From positions 320,001-384,000 of the forward strand of contig CBDATS010000015.1 of assembly GCA_965200245.1 (NCBI GenBank): a stretch of 64,000 nucleotides of DNA. The letters are read 5' to 3'. Shown here one piece after another: positions 47,768-59,326 of the stretch. The DNA is from a bacterium (lineage in GTDB: Bacteria; UBA8248). The translations under genes and the position numbers were made by a program. Within the stretch, counting starts at the first letter, position 1. The number at the start of each line of letters is the position of its first letter. The notes beneath the pieces were generated by a model, which was not told the origin of the DNA, did not search any database, and saw only the letters and a program-made list of their open reading frames with translations.

Positions 47768-48549
47768 CAGCGATCCTGAAAATTGGGAGCGCGCTTCTCG
47801 ATAAACGCAGCAAGACCTTCCTGTGAATCTTCTGTGCTGTTCACGAGAGCGAATTTCTCGGTCTCAAGGGTCAAGCCCCCCTCGATACCACCCTCCATTC
47901 CGCCGTGAACGGCCTGCAGAATCAGCTCAATCGCTGGCCTGCTCTTCAATGCCAGCTTCTGTGCCAGCACTTTCGCTTCATCCATGAGAGCGTCAGACTC
48001 ACAGACCTTGTTCACCAGTCCGATGCGGTGAGCCTCCTCGGCATCTATCGGGTCTCCTGTCATGAGGATTTCGAGCGCACGACCCGCCCCGACGAGGCGG
48101 GGAAGTCGTTGTGTGCCACCATAGCCGGGGATAATGCCCAAATTAATCTCCGGCTGCCCGAAAAGCGCGTTCGTGGATGCCAGCCTGATCGAGCACGCCA
48201 TCGCCACCTCGCAGCCGCCACCCAGGGCGAAACCGTTCACAGCCGCAATTGAGGGTTTTCCGATAGTTTCAAGCGACCGCAGAATTTTCGTTCCGTGCTC
48301 GGAGAGCCATCGCGCACTGAGGGGAGAACGATTCACCATGCCCTTGATATCCGCTCCTGCTATGAAAGCCCTGTCACCTGAACCCGTTAATATCAACACT
48401 TTCAGTTTGTTATCATATCGAAATTCCGATATCAGATGAGCCAGTTCATTCATTGTCTCTGTATTCAGGGCGTTTAGTGCCTTGGGACGATTGAAAGTGC
48501 AGGTCGCGACCGGACCATCAATTTGATATGTCAAGTTGTTATAATTCAA
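47767..48549 (-). CDS. Enoyl-CoA hydratase (crotonase)
   Basis: NRPKALNAL, AFIAGADI, GFALGGGCE, GQPEINLGIIPGYGGTQRL. Confidence 0.95.
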   Translation of the reverse strand: MNYNNLTYQIDGPVATCTFNRPKALNALNTETMNELAHLISEFRYDNKLKVLILTGSGDRAFIAGADIKGMVNRSPLSARWLSEHGTKILRSLETIGKPSIAAVNGFALGGGCEVAMACSIRLASTNALFGQPEINLGIIPGYGGTQRLPRLVGAGRALEILMTGDPIDAEEAHRIGLVNKVCESDALMDEAKVLAQKLALKSRPAIELILQAVHGGMEGGIEGGLTLETEKFALVNSTEDSQEGLAAFIEKRAPNFQDR

Positions 48550-48771
48550 CAGTTTATCGCCTTATTTCTCAGGTCTGTTCCGAGCAAATGAAATTTCAGG
48601 ATAACCCTCGTGAATTTATCCAAATTTATCGAACTTCTCAGTTGTAATCCGTCTCTTATACATCATTTGTTACGCATGCAATGAAACGGCAGAAGCATAC
48701 TTTCCGTTCCTGGAAACCCTATCGTTTCATTACGCACAAACACCCGTGATACTCTCCGTAATCGGGCTTCC

Positions 48772-49962
48772 CTATTCCCCATACGCCTCGACGATCACCG
48801 ACAAACCCATGCCGCCACCGATACACGCACCCGCAAGACCGTACTTCCCGCCCCGGCGCCTGAGTTCGTGCAGTATGGTGAGGGTGAGCCTTGCACCGCT
48901 TGCACCCACAGGGTGACCGATAGCGATTGCACCGCCGTTCACGTTCGTCTTCTCGCGGTCGAGACCGAGTTCTTTTTCCACCGCGAGATATTGTGCGGAG
49001 AACGCCTCGTTAATCTCGACCAGGTCCATGTCGTCGAGTTGGAGCCCTGCCTTCTTGAGGGCGATTCGACTGCTTTCTGCAGGGCCTATCCCCATGATCT
49101 TGGGGTCGCATCCCGAAACGCCCCACGAGACGAGCCGCCCGATGGGTTTTCGGTCCAGACGCTCCGCCGCCGCGCGCGAGGAGATGACCAACGCCGCCGC
49201 CCCGTCGTTGATGCCACTCGCATTACCTGCCGTCACCACGCCGTCTTCCTTGAACGCGGGCCTGAGCCTGGCGAGCGATTCCTCGTTCGAATCTGCGCGA
49301 GGATGCTCGTCACGATCGAAGGTAATCGTCTTCCTGCGCTCCTGCACCTCAACCGGGAAACACTCCTCCCCCAGGCGCCCGCTCTCCCAGGCGTCGTGCG
49401 CGCGCGCCTGCGAAAGTGCGGCGAACTCATCCACTGCTTCCCTGTGAAAGTCGTATTTTTCTGCCAGATTCTCGGCCGTGATACCCATCGGCACGTTCGC
49501 CATCGTGTCGGTGAGTGCCGTGTAAAGACCGTCCTCCATCGGAGCCTGAAAGAGCCTCATACCGGTTCTCGAGTTTCTGATCACATGCGGTGTCAGACTC
49601 ATGTTCTCCGCCCCTACGGCAAGCACCACGTCGGCGTCTTCGGTCATAATTTCTTTCGCCCCGCTCACCACTGCCTGAAAGCCCGAGGCGCACATGCGGT
49701 TTACGCAGTAGCCGGGCCTGTCCAGGGGGACACCCGCCGCCAGCGCGACGTGCCTGCCGATGTAGACGCCATCGGAGTTCGACTGGATGACGTTGCCCAC
49801 TACGGTATGATCGACATCCTCTGGCGTGACGCCCGAACGGGACATCGCCTCTTTCGCCGCCAGCGCACCGAGTTCCGTGGCCGACATCTCCTTCAAGGTG
49901 CCCAGAAAACCCCCAAACGGTGTTCGTGCACCGCCCAGAAAAACGACGTCTTTATCCGACAT
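48772..49962 (-). CDS. Acetyl-CoA C-acyltransferase (thiolase)
   Basis: RTPFG, NRMCASG, NEAF, GHPVGASG, CIGGGMG. Confidence 0.97.
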   Translation of the reverse strand: MSDKDVVFLGGARTPFGGFLGTLKEMSATELGALAAKEAMSRSGVTPEDVDHTVVGNVIQSNSDGVYIGRHVALAAGVPLDRPGYCVNRMCASGFQAVVSGAKEIMTEDADVVLAVGAENMSLTPHVIRNSRTGMRLFQAPMEDGLYTALTDTMANVPMGITAENLAEKYDFHREAVDEFAALSQARAHDAWESGRLGEECFPVEVQERRKTITFDRDEHPRADSNEESLARLRPAFKEDGVVTAGNASGINDGAAALVISSRAAAERLDRKPIGRLVSWGVSGCDPKIMGIGPAESSRIALKKAGLQLDDMDLVEINEAFSAQYLAVEKELGLDREKTNVNGGAIAIGHPVGASGARLTLTILHELRRRGGKYGLAGACIGGGMGLSVIVEAYGE

Positions 49963-50253
49963 TCCCTGTTACCTCCCGATTCAAGTGCAAGGAAACATGA
50001 CTTCTCAGTCTGTCCAGCCTGTTTGCGACCTCACCATAACGCCAAGGCGAAGCGATGCGCAAGGGGCGTGCAGGGGGAAGACATGGGCAACCACTGGAGC
50101 AATTTCTCTTCCGGTTCCCGAAACACACCCTTGATGTTGAAAGTGTTACAGACGCAAACCTGGACAAGTGTTTTCTCCTGGAACCCAGCCTCTTTTATAG
50201 AGGCCTGCCATCCACGAAATTCCTGTTTTGAAAGCTTCCAACGCTGATTATGG

Positions 50254-50880
50254 TTGCTTTTGGGTCAACCAGCATTTGTTTTTACAGAAAAACCTTTGAA
50301 ATTTTGCGAACGCATGATTCTCGCGTCATCAAATGAAGGCGACATCGTTTGTGACCCATTCGCAGGATGCGCAAGCACCCGTGCAGCCGCAGAAAGACTC
50401 CATCGACAATGGACAGGAATAGATATCTGGGGCAAAGCGCATGATGCCGTCATCAAAAGACTTTAAAATAAAGGATTGATGTCGCCGATGGCGGCAGCTG
50501 GGGTCGCCTGTTCACGGGAGATCAAATCATATCTTCAAAAGATCCACCGGAGTGAACCGACAACGAAGCTGCTCCCTTCCTGTGCATCAAGGAACGGGTG
50601 AAGAAATCAGATGGGCCGTGCTGGACGCGGGTGCAGATTATGAACACCTACTCGGACAACATGGCCCCCGATGTATGTGGATGTGACAGGCAATTTGACA
50701 CCGCGTTGCCCCAAACTTGCTCACAATGCACTCCGTTCTCGTGGTGGGTGGAATCACATTGCCAATCGAATCCTGCCTTGCTGTCCGAGCAATAAAACCG
50801 ATAGCAACATCTTCACACCTGATGGCCTGTGGAGAGAAAACAAAAAGGGGGATATATGGTGTGCAAACAGGGAGAGTTAA
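50254..50880 (+). pseudogene. Degenerate N4/N6 DNA methyltransferase C-terminus followed by an HNH nuclease remnant
   Basis: KPL...ERMILASSNEGDIVCDPFAG....AAERL.RQW.GID, then stops and frameshifts, then CGCDRQF and H...RSRGG.NHI.N.ILPC.PSN. Confidence 0.75.
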
Positions 50881-51123
50881 ATTTATAATTACCAACAATG
50901 AGACATGGGGAATAACCTTAGAGACTTTGTGCCTTTTGGGGTGATGAGCGGAGTCCTCGGGCGCGGGTCAATGCCGGTTGAAGTGCCAGAGATGCAGACC
51001 GAAGCATAGCAAATCATTAATAGACTAAAAGTAGATGAGGGCTCAGTATTCGGCTTTGTTTAATAGTGTTGATTTGAACGAGGAGCCCCTCGAAGGAATA
51101 GGTGCAACAATTGAGAGTTCACA

Positions 51124-52353
51124 GTGAAGTTCCTCCACACATCTGACTGGCATATTGGCCGTACCCTTTACGGTAGAAAACGATACGAGGAATTCGAGGC
51201 GTTTCTGGCATGGCTGTCCGAGACGATTCAGCAGAATAAAATCGATGCCCTGCTTGTGGCGGGTGACGTCTTTGACAACAGTGTTCCGAGCAACCGCGCC
51301 TAGGAACTCTATTACCGCTTTCTGTGCCGGGTGGCTTCATCATCCTGCAGGCACGTTGTCGTCGTGGCTGGCAACCACGATTCTCCCTCATTCCTCAATG
51401 CACCAAAGGATCTGCTCAAAGCCCTTGATGTCCACGTAATCGGTAGTGCGTCCGAATCCCCGGAAGACGAAGTGCTGGTGCTCTGCAATGATCAGGATAC
51501 TCCAGAACTGATTGTTTGCGCCGTGCCATACCTCCGTGACAGTGATATCCGCGTGGCGGAAGCTGGGGAGAGTCTCGAGGATAAGGAACGGAAGCTGATT
51601 GACGGCATACGCAGTCATTACAGCAACGTCGCCGCTCTGGCTGAACGGAAGCGCAAGGAGTTCGGAGTTGATATTCCTATCGTCGCCATGGGGCACCTGT
51701 TTACCGCCGGCGGACAAACCATTGAAGGTGATGGAGTGCGAGAGCTGTATGTGGGTTCACTCGCTCACGTCACAGCAAAGATATTTCCTGATTCCTTCAA
51801 CTATGTGGCGCTTGGGCACCTGCATGTCCCACAAATTGTAAACAGTTCAGAAACCATACGGTACAGTGGTTCTCCTATACCCATGGGGCTTGGAGAGGCA
51901 AAACAACAAAAGAGTGTTTGCCAAGTTGAATTTCATAAATCGTCAGCGTCTGTTCAACTGGTCGATGTGCCGGTTTTTCAGAAGCTCGAGCGCGTCGAGG
52001 GGAACTGGGACGGCATCTCAAGCCGTATTCTTGAATTATCTGCGACTGCCCCAAAAGTGTGGATCGAAGTCATGTATGAAGGTAACGAAATCACTGGCGA
52101 CTTGCGCGAGCGTTTAGAGGCCGCAATCAAAGATACCCAGATTGAAATCCTTCGGGTGAATAACACCCGTCTCATCGATCGTGTATTGGGGCAAATTCAT
52201 GAGGAGAAAACGCTCGATGATTTGAACGAGAACGACGTTTTCGAGCAATTTCTCGCCGTTCATGGAGTGCCTGACAACCAGCGCAAGGAACTGCTTCGTA
52301 CCTATCGGGAAACGCTCTCGTCTCTCCATGAAGACGACTTGCAGGCAGAATAA
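51124..52353 (+). pseudogene. sbcD: SbcD/Mre11 nuclease with in-frame TAG at 51301-51303
   Basis: MKFLHTSDWHIG...AGDVFD..PSNRA*ELYY, then GNHD, MGHLF, ALGHLH, YSGSP in the same frame. Confidence 0.9.
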
Positions 52354-52364
52354 AGAGGCTATCG

Positions 52365-55300
52365 GTGAGAATACTAAAGGTACGTTTCAAGAATCTGAAC
52401 TCTCTGGCCGGTGAATGGGAAATTGATCTCACGCATCCGGCGTTCACATCAGACGGCATCTTCGCTATCACCGGGCCAACCGGCGCAGGGAAGACAACTA
52501 TTTTTGATGCCATATGCATCGCACTTTATGGCAGGACGCCTCGTCTGAACAAGGTTACCAAAGCGGAAACGAGATCATGTCCCGCCAGACCGGCGAATGC
52601 TTTGCCGAAGTGACGTTCGAGACTCACACCAGACGTTTCCGGTGTCACTGGAGCCACCACAGGGCACGCAAGAAACCATCCGGCGACCTGCAGTCCCCGA
52701 AACACGAGATTGCCGATGCTGACTCAGGTGAGATTTTGGAGTTCAAGATTACTGGGGTCGCTGACCAAGTCGAGGAGGCCACTGGTATGGATTTTGAACG
52801 CTTCACCCGGTCCATGCTGTTGGCTCAAGGCGGCTTTGCCGCGTTCCTGCAGGCTGCACCTGACGAACGGGCTCCGATCTTGGAGCAGATAACGGGCACA
52901 GAGATATACAGTCAGATATCCATCCGAGTCCATGAGCGACAGCGTGAAGAGCGGGATAAATTGAACCTGCTTCAGGCTGAAACGGCAGGAATCGTGATTC
53001 TGGAGCCGGAACAGGAAAAAGAAATTCAACAGGCACTTGAGTCAAAACAGAAAGAAGAGATAGAAATCAGCGCCAATCATAATGCCACAGAGAAGGCCAT
53101 TTCTTGGTTGACTGTCGTAGATGGCCTCAAGAAGGAAATCATCGCCCTGTCCGATGAAGCGGATAACCTACAAAGCGATATCGATGCTTTCAAACCAGAT
53201 CGTTACAAACTCGGTCAGGCAAAGAAAGCCGCGACACTGGATAGCTTGTACGCGACGCTAACAGCAATTCGAAAACAACAGACGGACGATCAGGAAGAAC
53301 GGAAAGCCAAGGCAGAGATCCTACCTGAACTGGAGTTCTCTGCCAAGAAACAGGCCGAATCGCTGGAATTGGCTGAGCGGCAGGCCGTTGAAGTCAAAGA
53401 GGAACTGAAAACCGCTGCATCGCTCATCCAGAAGGTTCGCTCCCTCGATCAGAAGCTTGCCGACCAAGAAAAGGCTGTTTCGGAAAGTGAAGAAAGCTGC
53501 CAAAAAGATGCGGCAAATATTTTTGCGGATACACAGAACAGACTTGAAGAGCAGATAAAACGTTCCGAGGCTCAAAAAACTCTGGAACTTGTTGACGGCT
53601 ATCTCAAAAAACATGCAGAGGATGAATGGCTGATCAGCGGTCTGGCCGGTGTTGAAGAGCAACTAAATGGCCTACATTCCAAACAAAATGACATCGCTCA
53701 AAAAGAAGCCGATCAAAAAAAGGCCGTGACGGCTCTGGAACGGGCGAAAAAATCACTCGATGACTGGCAGAAGCAATGCAGCACTCGGAAGCGGGAACTG
53801 GACGATGCCTCCAACAGTCTTCAACAAGGCAAAGATGAATTAAGCCGGTTGCTGGGAGGCCGACTGTTGCGCGAATACCGCAGCGACAAGGAAGACCTGC
53901 TTCGTGACACAACCTCCCTAGCGGAAATAGCGGAACTTGAAGAGCACCGACTCAGGCTCGAAGATGGCAAAGCCTGTCCACTCTGTGGTGCGACAGAGCA
54001 CCCATTTGCGGAAGGTAACATTCCCGTTCCCGATGAAGCTGAGCAGAAGATTGAAACGCTCACCAAACTGATCAGCAAGGCTGAGAATCAGGAAGACGCT
54101 ATTAATAAACTCAAAGAATCGGAGGTAGCGGCCCGCAATAATTTAACGGAGGCTGAAAAGCAGGAGACAGCAGCGACCAATGATAAGAAGAATGCCAAGA
54201 AAACCCTTGCCGAGGCGAAAGAAGGCATGGAAAAACTCCAGACCGATTTTATTGAACAGAAACAGGCTGTATCTGTGAAACTTCTGGCGCTTGGCATCAC
54301 TGAAATCCCCGATACCGATGTTTCATTACTGCTTGAGTCACTCAGAGAACGGCTGAATGAATGGAAAAGCCGCCTAAAGGAAAAGGATGAAATCAAAAAA
54401 CAGATCGCTGACCTCGATAGTGAAATAAAACGTCTAGATGCGGTCATTGAAACCCAAAGTAAATCTTTGGCTGAGCAAAGCGAGCGTCTGGAGTCCCTGA
54501 AAAAGGAGCACACCATCGGGAGTGACAAGCGGAAAGAATTGTACGGCGACAGAAGTCCCGACGATGAGGAGTCTCGACTGAACAAGGCCGTTTCTGATGC
54601 TGAGGATACCGAAAAGAAAGCCAGAGAACTGCACAATGAATTACAGCAAGAATGGAACACCGCCAAGACGCATGTTGAATTATTGGAAAAGAGCATTACC
54701 CAGAGAGAACCAGAACTGAGAAAACCGGAAAATGAATTTTCTGCAAAGCTTCGGTCAGTTGGCTTTTCGGATGAAAATCAGTTTCTTAAGGCCAGACTAC
54801 CGAATTGGCAGAAAGATGAGTTCTCTGCAAAAGCACAGGAACTGGATGACCGCCAAACAGACCTTAAGGCCAGACAAGGGGATCGAGAAACACGCTTGCA
54901 TAAGGAAATTGCCAGGAAGGTTACCGACAAATCTCTTGAAGACCTAGAGCCGCAATTCAAGGAGTACAAGGATGCACTGAAAAAACTGCGGGACATCATT
55001 GCCGGTTTCAAGCACAGGCTCAGTGAAAATACGGCTGCCAAAGAGCAAATAAAGGCAAAGCAATCGGTTATCGAGACCCAGAAAAGTGAATGCCGCAGAT
55101 GGGAAAACCTGCACGAGTTGATCGGCTCTTCAGACGGCAAGAAGTACCGCAATTTTGCCCAGGGACTGACCTTCAAAACGATGATTGGTCATGTCAACCG
55201 GCAACTGGAGAAAATGACTGACCGCTACTTGCTGATCCGTGATGATGCTCAACCGCTGAAACTCAACGTATTGGACAACTACCAAGCGGGCGAGATACGA

Positions 55301-55618
55301 TCAACGAATAACCTTTCCGGTGGCGAAAGCTTTATCGTCAGCCTGTCGCTTGCGTTGGGTCTGGCCCAAATGGCCAGCAGGAATGTCCGGGTGGACTCGC
55401 TGTTCCTAGATGAAGGCTTTGGTACGCTGGACGAGGAAGCCCTCGATACAGCACTGGAAACTCTCGGGGGTTTGCAGCAGGCTGGCAAGCTAATCGGCGT
55501 AATTTCGCACGTACCAGCCCTGAAGGAGCGTATTGGCACCCAGATACAGGTAACGCCTCAAACCGGAGGCAGGAGCCAGATATCCGGTCCAGGATGCAGC
55601 AGGTTGGGCGCAATATAA
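52365..55618 (+). pseudogene. sbcC: SbcC/Rad50 ATPase with a frameshift near 52560
   Basis: NLNSL, TGPTGAGKTT in one frame; LLAQG, CPLCG zinc hook, LSGGE, LFLDEGFG.LD, ISH in another; adding one A to ACCAAAGC joins them. Confidence 0.9.
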
Positions 55619-55650
55619 CTGGCTACAAAGGGAGGTTAACTCTGAGAACG

Positions 55651-55965
55651 TTGGGCGATTTCAAAACAGCCAAGACCATTCTCGCCAGATTCCATCAGGA
55701 CATTGACGCCATCAACCATGCTACCCAATAGTTGCCCCTAAACGTGTTCGAGCAGATGCATCGTGCTATGAAACCCTTCCGACATCACCAACCGGAAATC
55801 AGTCGAGCCCTGGAAATATCGGGAGCAGCGACCTAGATAAAAGACATCATAGATGCCAACCAACATTGGCAGGACATGCTTGAGCAACCCACCATGACGA
55901 GCCGTTTTGCCGATAGCACCTCAGTTGCACATTACCAAGAGTGCAGAGGTCAACAAACAGAATGA
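55651..55965 (+). pseudogene. Possible decayed ORF downstream of sbcC
   Basis: GGGAGG upstream, then one frame interrupted only by TAG at 55729 and 55834. Confidence 0.35.
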
Positions 55966-56279
55966 CTGCGAGAGAATGTCTCTCCGCCGGGTGATGTGCA
56001 CTGAAGATTCCGGGCTCATGAAAGTGCTCTGAACACCAGTACCGACCTGGTGACATTAGAACACACAACTCCCCTACCCCTAGAAGGAGAACATCTCGTT
56101 CTATACATTAATTTCTTCTGCACCGAACCCTGCAGAATCGGCGAATATCCCCATCGCTTCGCTGCCCATTCGCGTAATTTGATTCGAACGAAGCGACAAC
56201 ACAAAGTCGGAAAGTTTGAATCCAGTGTCCATCCATAATACCCGACTGTTCTACTCGTGAATCGACGATATACGCGTGA

Positions 56280-57008
56280 TTATGACTTTATTGTCGCCGA
56301 CAACCCGGGGAGCATGGCCTGCGTCGGATTCATGGGGAAATGCTCCTCCTCCAAATCGGACTGTGAGAGCATTTTCACAAATGCGTCGAAGTCGTCGGCA
56401 GCCAGCTCAAGGGCAGACCGCCTGAGCAAGCTCATATATTCGGCGAAAGCTCTTGCCTGGCAGTTGAACTGTTTCGCCGGATTGAATTCGATATCCGTGA
56501 AAGCCCGGCAGTTCACATTTTCGTTTATCCATTCCGCCTTATCTTTCAGGGTTCGAATATATATCCAATCGTAAAAGGCATTCGTGGGAGATCGCGGGTA
56601 TCTTTTGCCCTCCAGTTCAAATCCAACAAGAAGCCCGCAGTCCCGTTCGCGCTCCCGGATCAACCGTTTGGCTTCTCGCGGGGGCAGCTCGAATACATCG
56701 TTGAAGGGCCCCCCTCCCTCAAATACCTTGGAACCCTGGTAAACGCTTTCCAGGGGAAATTTTTCACCACCAAGATCGATTTTAAGGCTGAAAGCGCTCA
56801 AACGCCTTCCGATTTCATCGAAGGATTTTGTCGATATTTCCAGGATGTTCTTGAGGCCGCCTTCGCGCGCGGCGGCATGAAGTGCTCGAATGTTTTTCTT
56901 CTTCTGAATTTCAGAAAAACCTGAAGCCCAACGGAATTCGAAAAAGCGTTCCTCTATAAGTCGGGTTTCACCGGAATCGGGAACGACGAACACCGGACGC
57001 ATCGCCAT
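56280..57008 (-). CDS. DarG1-type NADAR-family antitoxin (DarT1-associated)
   Basis: MA.RPVF, F.W..GF...QK, LEISTKS, G..LSAF.L, ES.YQGSKVF..GGPF, FYDW.Y, FTDIEFNP....NCQAR. Confidence 0.85.
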   Translation of the reverse strand: MAMRPVFVVPDSGETRLIEERFFEFRWASGFSEIQKKKNIRALHAAAREGGLKNILEISTKSFDEIGRRLSAFSLKIDLGGEKFPLESVYQGSKVFEGGGPFNDVFELPPREAKRLIRERERDCGLLVGFELEGKRYPRSPTNAFYDWIYIRTLKDKAEWINENVNCRAFTDIEFNPAKQFNCQARAFAEYMSLLRRSALELAADDFDAFVKMLSQSDLEEEHFPMNPTQAMLPGLSATIKS

Positions 57009-57403
57009 CAGCAAGCACCTGTGATGAGTTTTCGCGGCACCGCGCCGGGCACCAGCACCTCAATCTTTTCGGCCGCTTGCAAGCGCCGCTGGAATTCCGG
57101 GTCAATCTTCAGATAGATTGGATTCGACAACCTCCCACCTTCCATTGCCCGAAATTGCATGGGATGGTTATCCGTCATGCAAAGGCTCACGTAGGGATCG
57201 AGGCCCCGGTGGCTATCCAACTGATCGCTGAGTTCGTTCCCGCCTGTGACACGTGGTGGCCACCGTCCTTCCTGCTTCATACGCTTCTTGCAAAGCAGGC
57301 CCTTTTCATCGATTGACGGGATGTTTGCTGCGTCAGTGAAATGATAGAGGCATTTGTGTTGCTCACTTTGCCTGATCTTCGTGATTAGCCAGTCGACATT
57401 CAT
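57008..57403 (-). CDS. DarT (DUF4433) DNA ADP-ribosyltransferase toxin, apparently internally deleted
   Basis: LYHFTD..NIPSI...GLL, YVSL....HPM, EVLVP; only 131 aa; TGATG overlap with the antitoxin. Confidence 0.75.
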   Translation of the reverse strand: MNVDWLITKIRQSEQHKCLYHFTDAANIPSIDEKGLLCKKRMKQEGRWPPRVTGGNELSDQLDSHRGLDPYVSLCMTDNHPMQFRAMEGGRLSNPIYLKIDPEFQRRLQAAEKIEVLVPGAVPRKLITGAC

Positions 57404-57432
57404 GATCTCAATCTCTCATATTCCCAAATTCC

Positions 57433-58470
57433 CTACATCCACGAGAGCGGCGAGGCAAAGTCCCCCCGGAGTCTTCTGGCGGCGTCTTTGGCGAAGTAAG
57501 TGAGGATGATGTTCGCCCCTGCGCGTCGGAGGGACGTGAGCACCTCCATGAACGCACGTTCGGGGTCAAGCCAACCGTTCCGGCAAGCCGCCACCAGCAT
57601 GGCGAATTCACCCGAGACGTTGTATGCGGCGACGGGCAGGTCCGTGATTTCGCGTGCTCTGGCGATGATGTCGAGATAAGGCAGTGCGGGCTTGACCATC
57701 ACGATGTCCGCCCCCTCCTCGATATCGAGTTTTATTTCGCGCATGGCCTCGCGTGCGTTGGCCGGGTCCATCTGGTAGGAACTCCTGTCGCCGAAGGCGG
57801 GCGTGCTTTCCGCCGCCTCACGGAAAGGCCCGTAGAAGGCACTCGCGAATTTCGACGAGTAGGCCATGATGGGCGTCTGGGGGAAGCCGCCTGCGTCCAG
57901 GGCCGTTCGAATCGAGCCGATGCGGCCATCCATCATATCCGACGGAGCGATGATGTCTGCGCCCGCTTCCGCGTGGCTGACCGCCGTCTTGTCGAGCAGG
58001 TCAAGCGTGGGGTCGTTCAGGACTTTCTCGCCCTCAATGATTCCGCAATGGCCGTGATCCATGTATTCGCAAAGGCATACGTCCGTGATGACGCATAATT
58101 CGGGATAGGCTTCCTTGAGAGCGCGCACTGCGTCCTGTACCACACCATCCTTCGCATAGGCCTGGCTTGCAAGGTCGTCCTTGTGATTGGGAATCCCGAA
58201 CAGGATGACGCCAGGGATGTCCAAATCGGCGACTTCCGCGCAATCAGCCACCAATCTGTCAACAGAAAGCTGGTATTGTCCGGGCATGGAAGGAATTTCA
58301 CTCTTGATGTTCTCTCCTTCCACCACGAACATCGGATAGATCAGGTTATCGACCGAAAGATGCGTCTCGCGCACCATCCGCCGCATGGCAGCTGTCTCCC
58401 GCGTGCGCCTCGTGCGGTTTTTCACGTCGCTCCTGAGTGCTGAGAGAGTGACAGCATCGTTGCTTGTCAT
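57433..58470 (-). CDS. hemB: Porphobilinogen synthase
   Basis: DVCLCEY..HGHCG, PSDMMDG, FYGPFREA, YQMD, MVKP, AYNVSGE. Confidence 0.98.
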   Translation of the reverse strand: MTSNDAVTLSALRSDVKNRTRRTRETAAMRRMVRETHLSVDNLIYPMFVVEGENIKSEIPSMPGQYQLSVDRLVADCAEVADLDIPGVILFGIPNHKDDLASQAYAKDGVVQDAVRALKEAYPELCVITDVCLCEYMDHGHCGIIEGEKVLNDPTLDLLDKTAVSHAEAGADIIAPSDMMDGRIGSIRTALDAGGFPQTPIMAYSSKFASAFYGPFREAAESTPAFGDRSSYQMDPANAREAMREIKLDIEEGADIVMVKPALPYLDIIARAREITDLPVAAYNVSGEFAMLVAACRNGWLDPERAFMEVLTSLRRAGANIILTYFAKDAARRLRGDFASPLSWM

Positions 58471-58474
58471 CGGG

Positions 58475-59326
58475 TCATGCTCCCGTTCGCAAGGCGTGTC
58501 CACCCCGATTCGGTTTTTCGTAATAGGAACCGATGGCCTGCGCCATGCCTGAAATCGTCGACTCTACCGCCTCCACGTCCGGCTCGACGCCCCATTTACG
58601 CGCTGTATCCGAGGTAGCAGGGCCAATGGAGGCCATACGCGCACGCTGCATCCATCGCTTCGCGTTTTCCACACCCGCCGCCCAGATGAAACCATTGAGG
58701 GCGGATGAACTCGTGAAAGTCAACATATCAATTTTTCCTGCCTCAAGCTCCCCCCATACCCCACGCAGCGCATCTCGGCCCAAAGGCATTGTCCGGTAGA
58801 CGGCCACATCGTCAACGAAGGCACCCATTTCCGTTAGTGTTTTCGGGATAATGTCTCTCCCCTCTTTCGCCCGGGCCAACAAAACGCGCTCCTCTGCCAA
58901 GTTCTGATCTTGAAAAAGTGCAACCACGCCTTCTGCCGCGTATTTTCCGGCTGCCATATCAGGCATTCTGCCCAGATGCTTCTCTACCGAGGAAGCCGTG
59001 GCAGGCCCGATGGCCAGAATCGAAGTATCCGACGGGACCGCTTCGGGACCGACGTCGAGAACGGCAAGTCTCATCGCGAGAAATTTCGGTCCGTTCGCGC
59101 TCGTGAAAATAATCCTGTGATATTCATCAAGCACACGAATCGCCGCATCCACGGGCGACCAATCTTGAGGCTCCGCAACTCGTATCATGGGCGCGACTCG
59201 CACGCAGGCACCCAGGTCCATTAGCATCTTGCTCATGCGCGACGCCCCCTCCTCGGGGCGCGTGACGAGAATTGTCTTGTCGGCGAGGGGGCGTGTTTCC
59301 ATTCTCTGGCCTTGAGGGTCATTCAT
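58475..59326 (-). CDS. hemD: Uroporphyrinogen-III synthase
   Basis: ILVTRP, FTSANG, IGPAT, VYRT, FTSSS. Confidence 0.93.
   Translation of the reverse strand: MNDPQGQRMETRPLADKTILVTRPEEGASRMSKMLMDLGACVRVAPMIRVAEPQDWSPVDAAIRVLDEYHRIIFTSANGPKFLAMRLAVLDVGPEAVPSDTSILAIGPATASSVEKHLGRMPDMAAGKYAAEGVVALFQDQNLAEERVLLARAKEGRDIIPKTLTEMGAFVDDVAVYRTMPLGRDALRGVWGELEAGKIDMLTFTSSSALNGFIWAAGVENAKRWMQRARMASIGPATSDTARKWGVEPDVEAVESTISGMAQAIGSYYEKPNRGGHALRTGA

Noticed and set aside
51301-51303. TAG in sbcD as pyrrolysine or stop recoding
   Set aside because: Position is not catalytic, neighbours are also broken, and TAG ends other genes normally in this window
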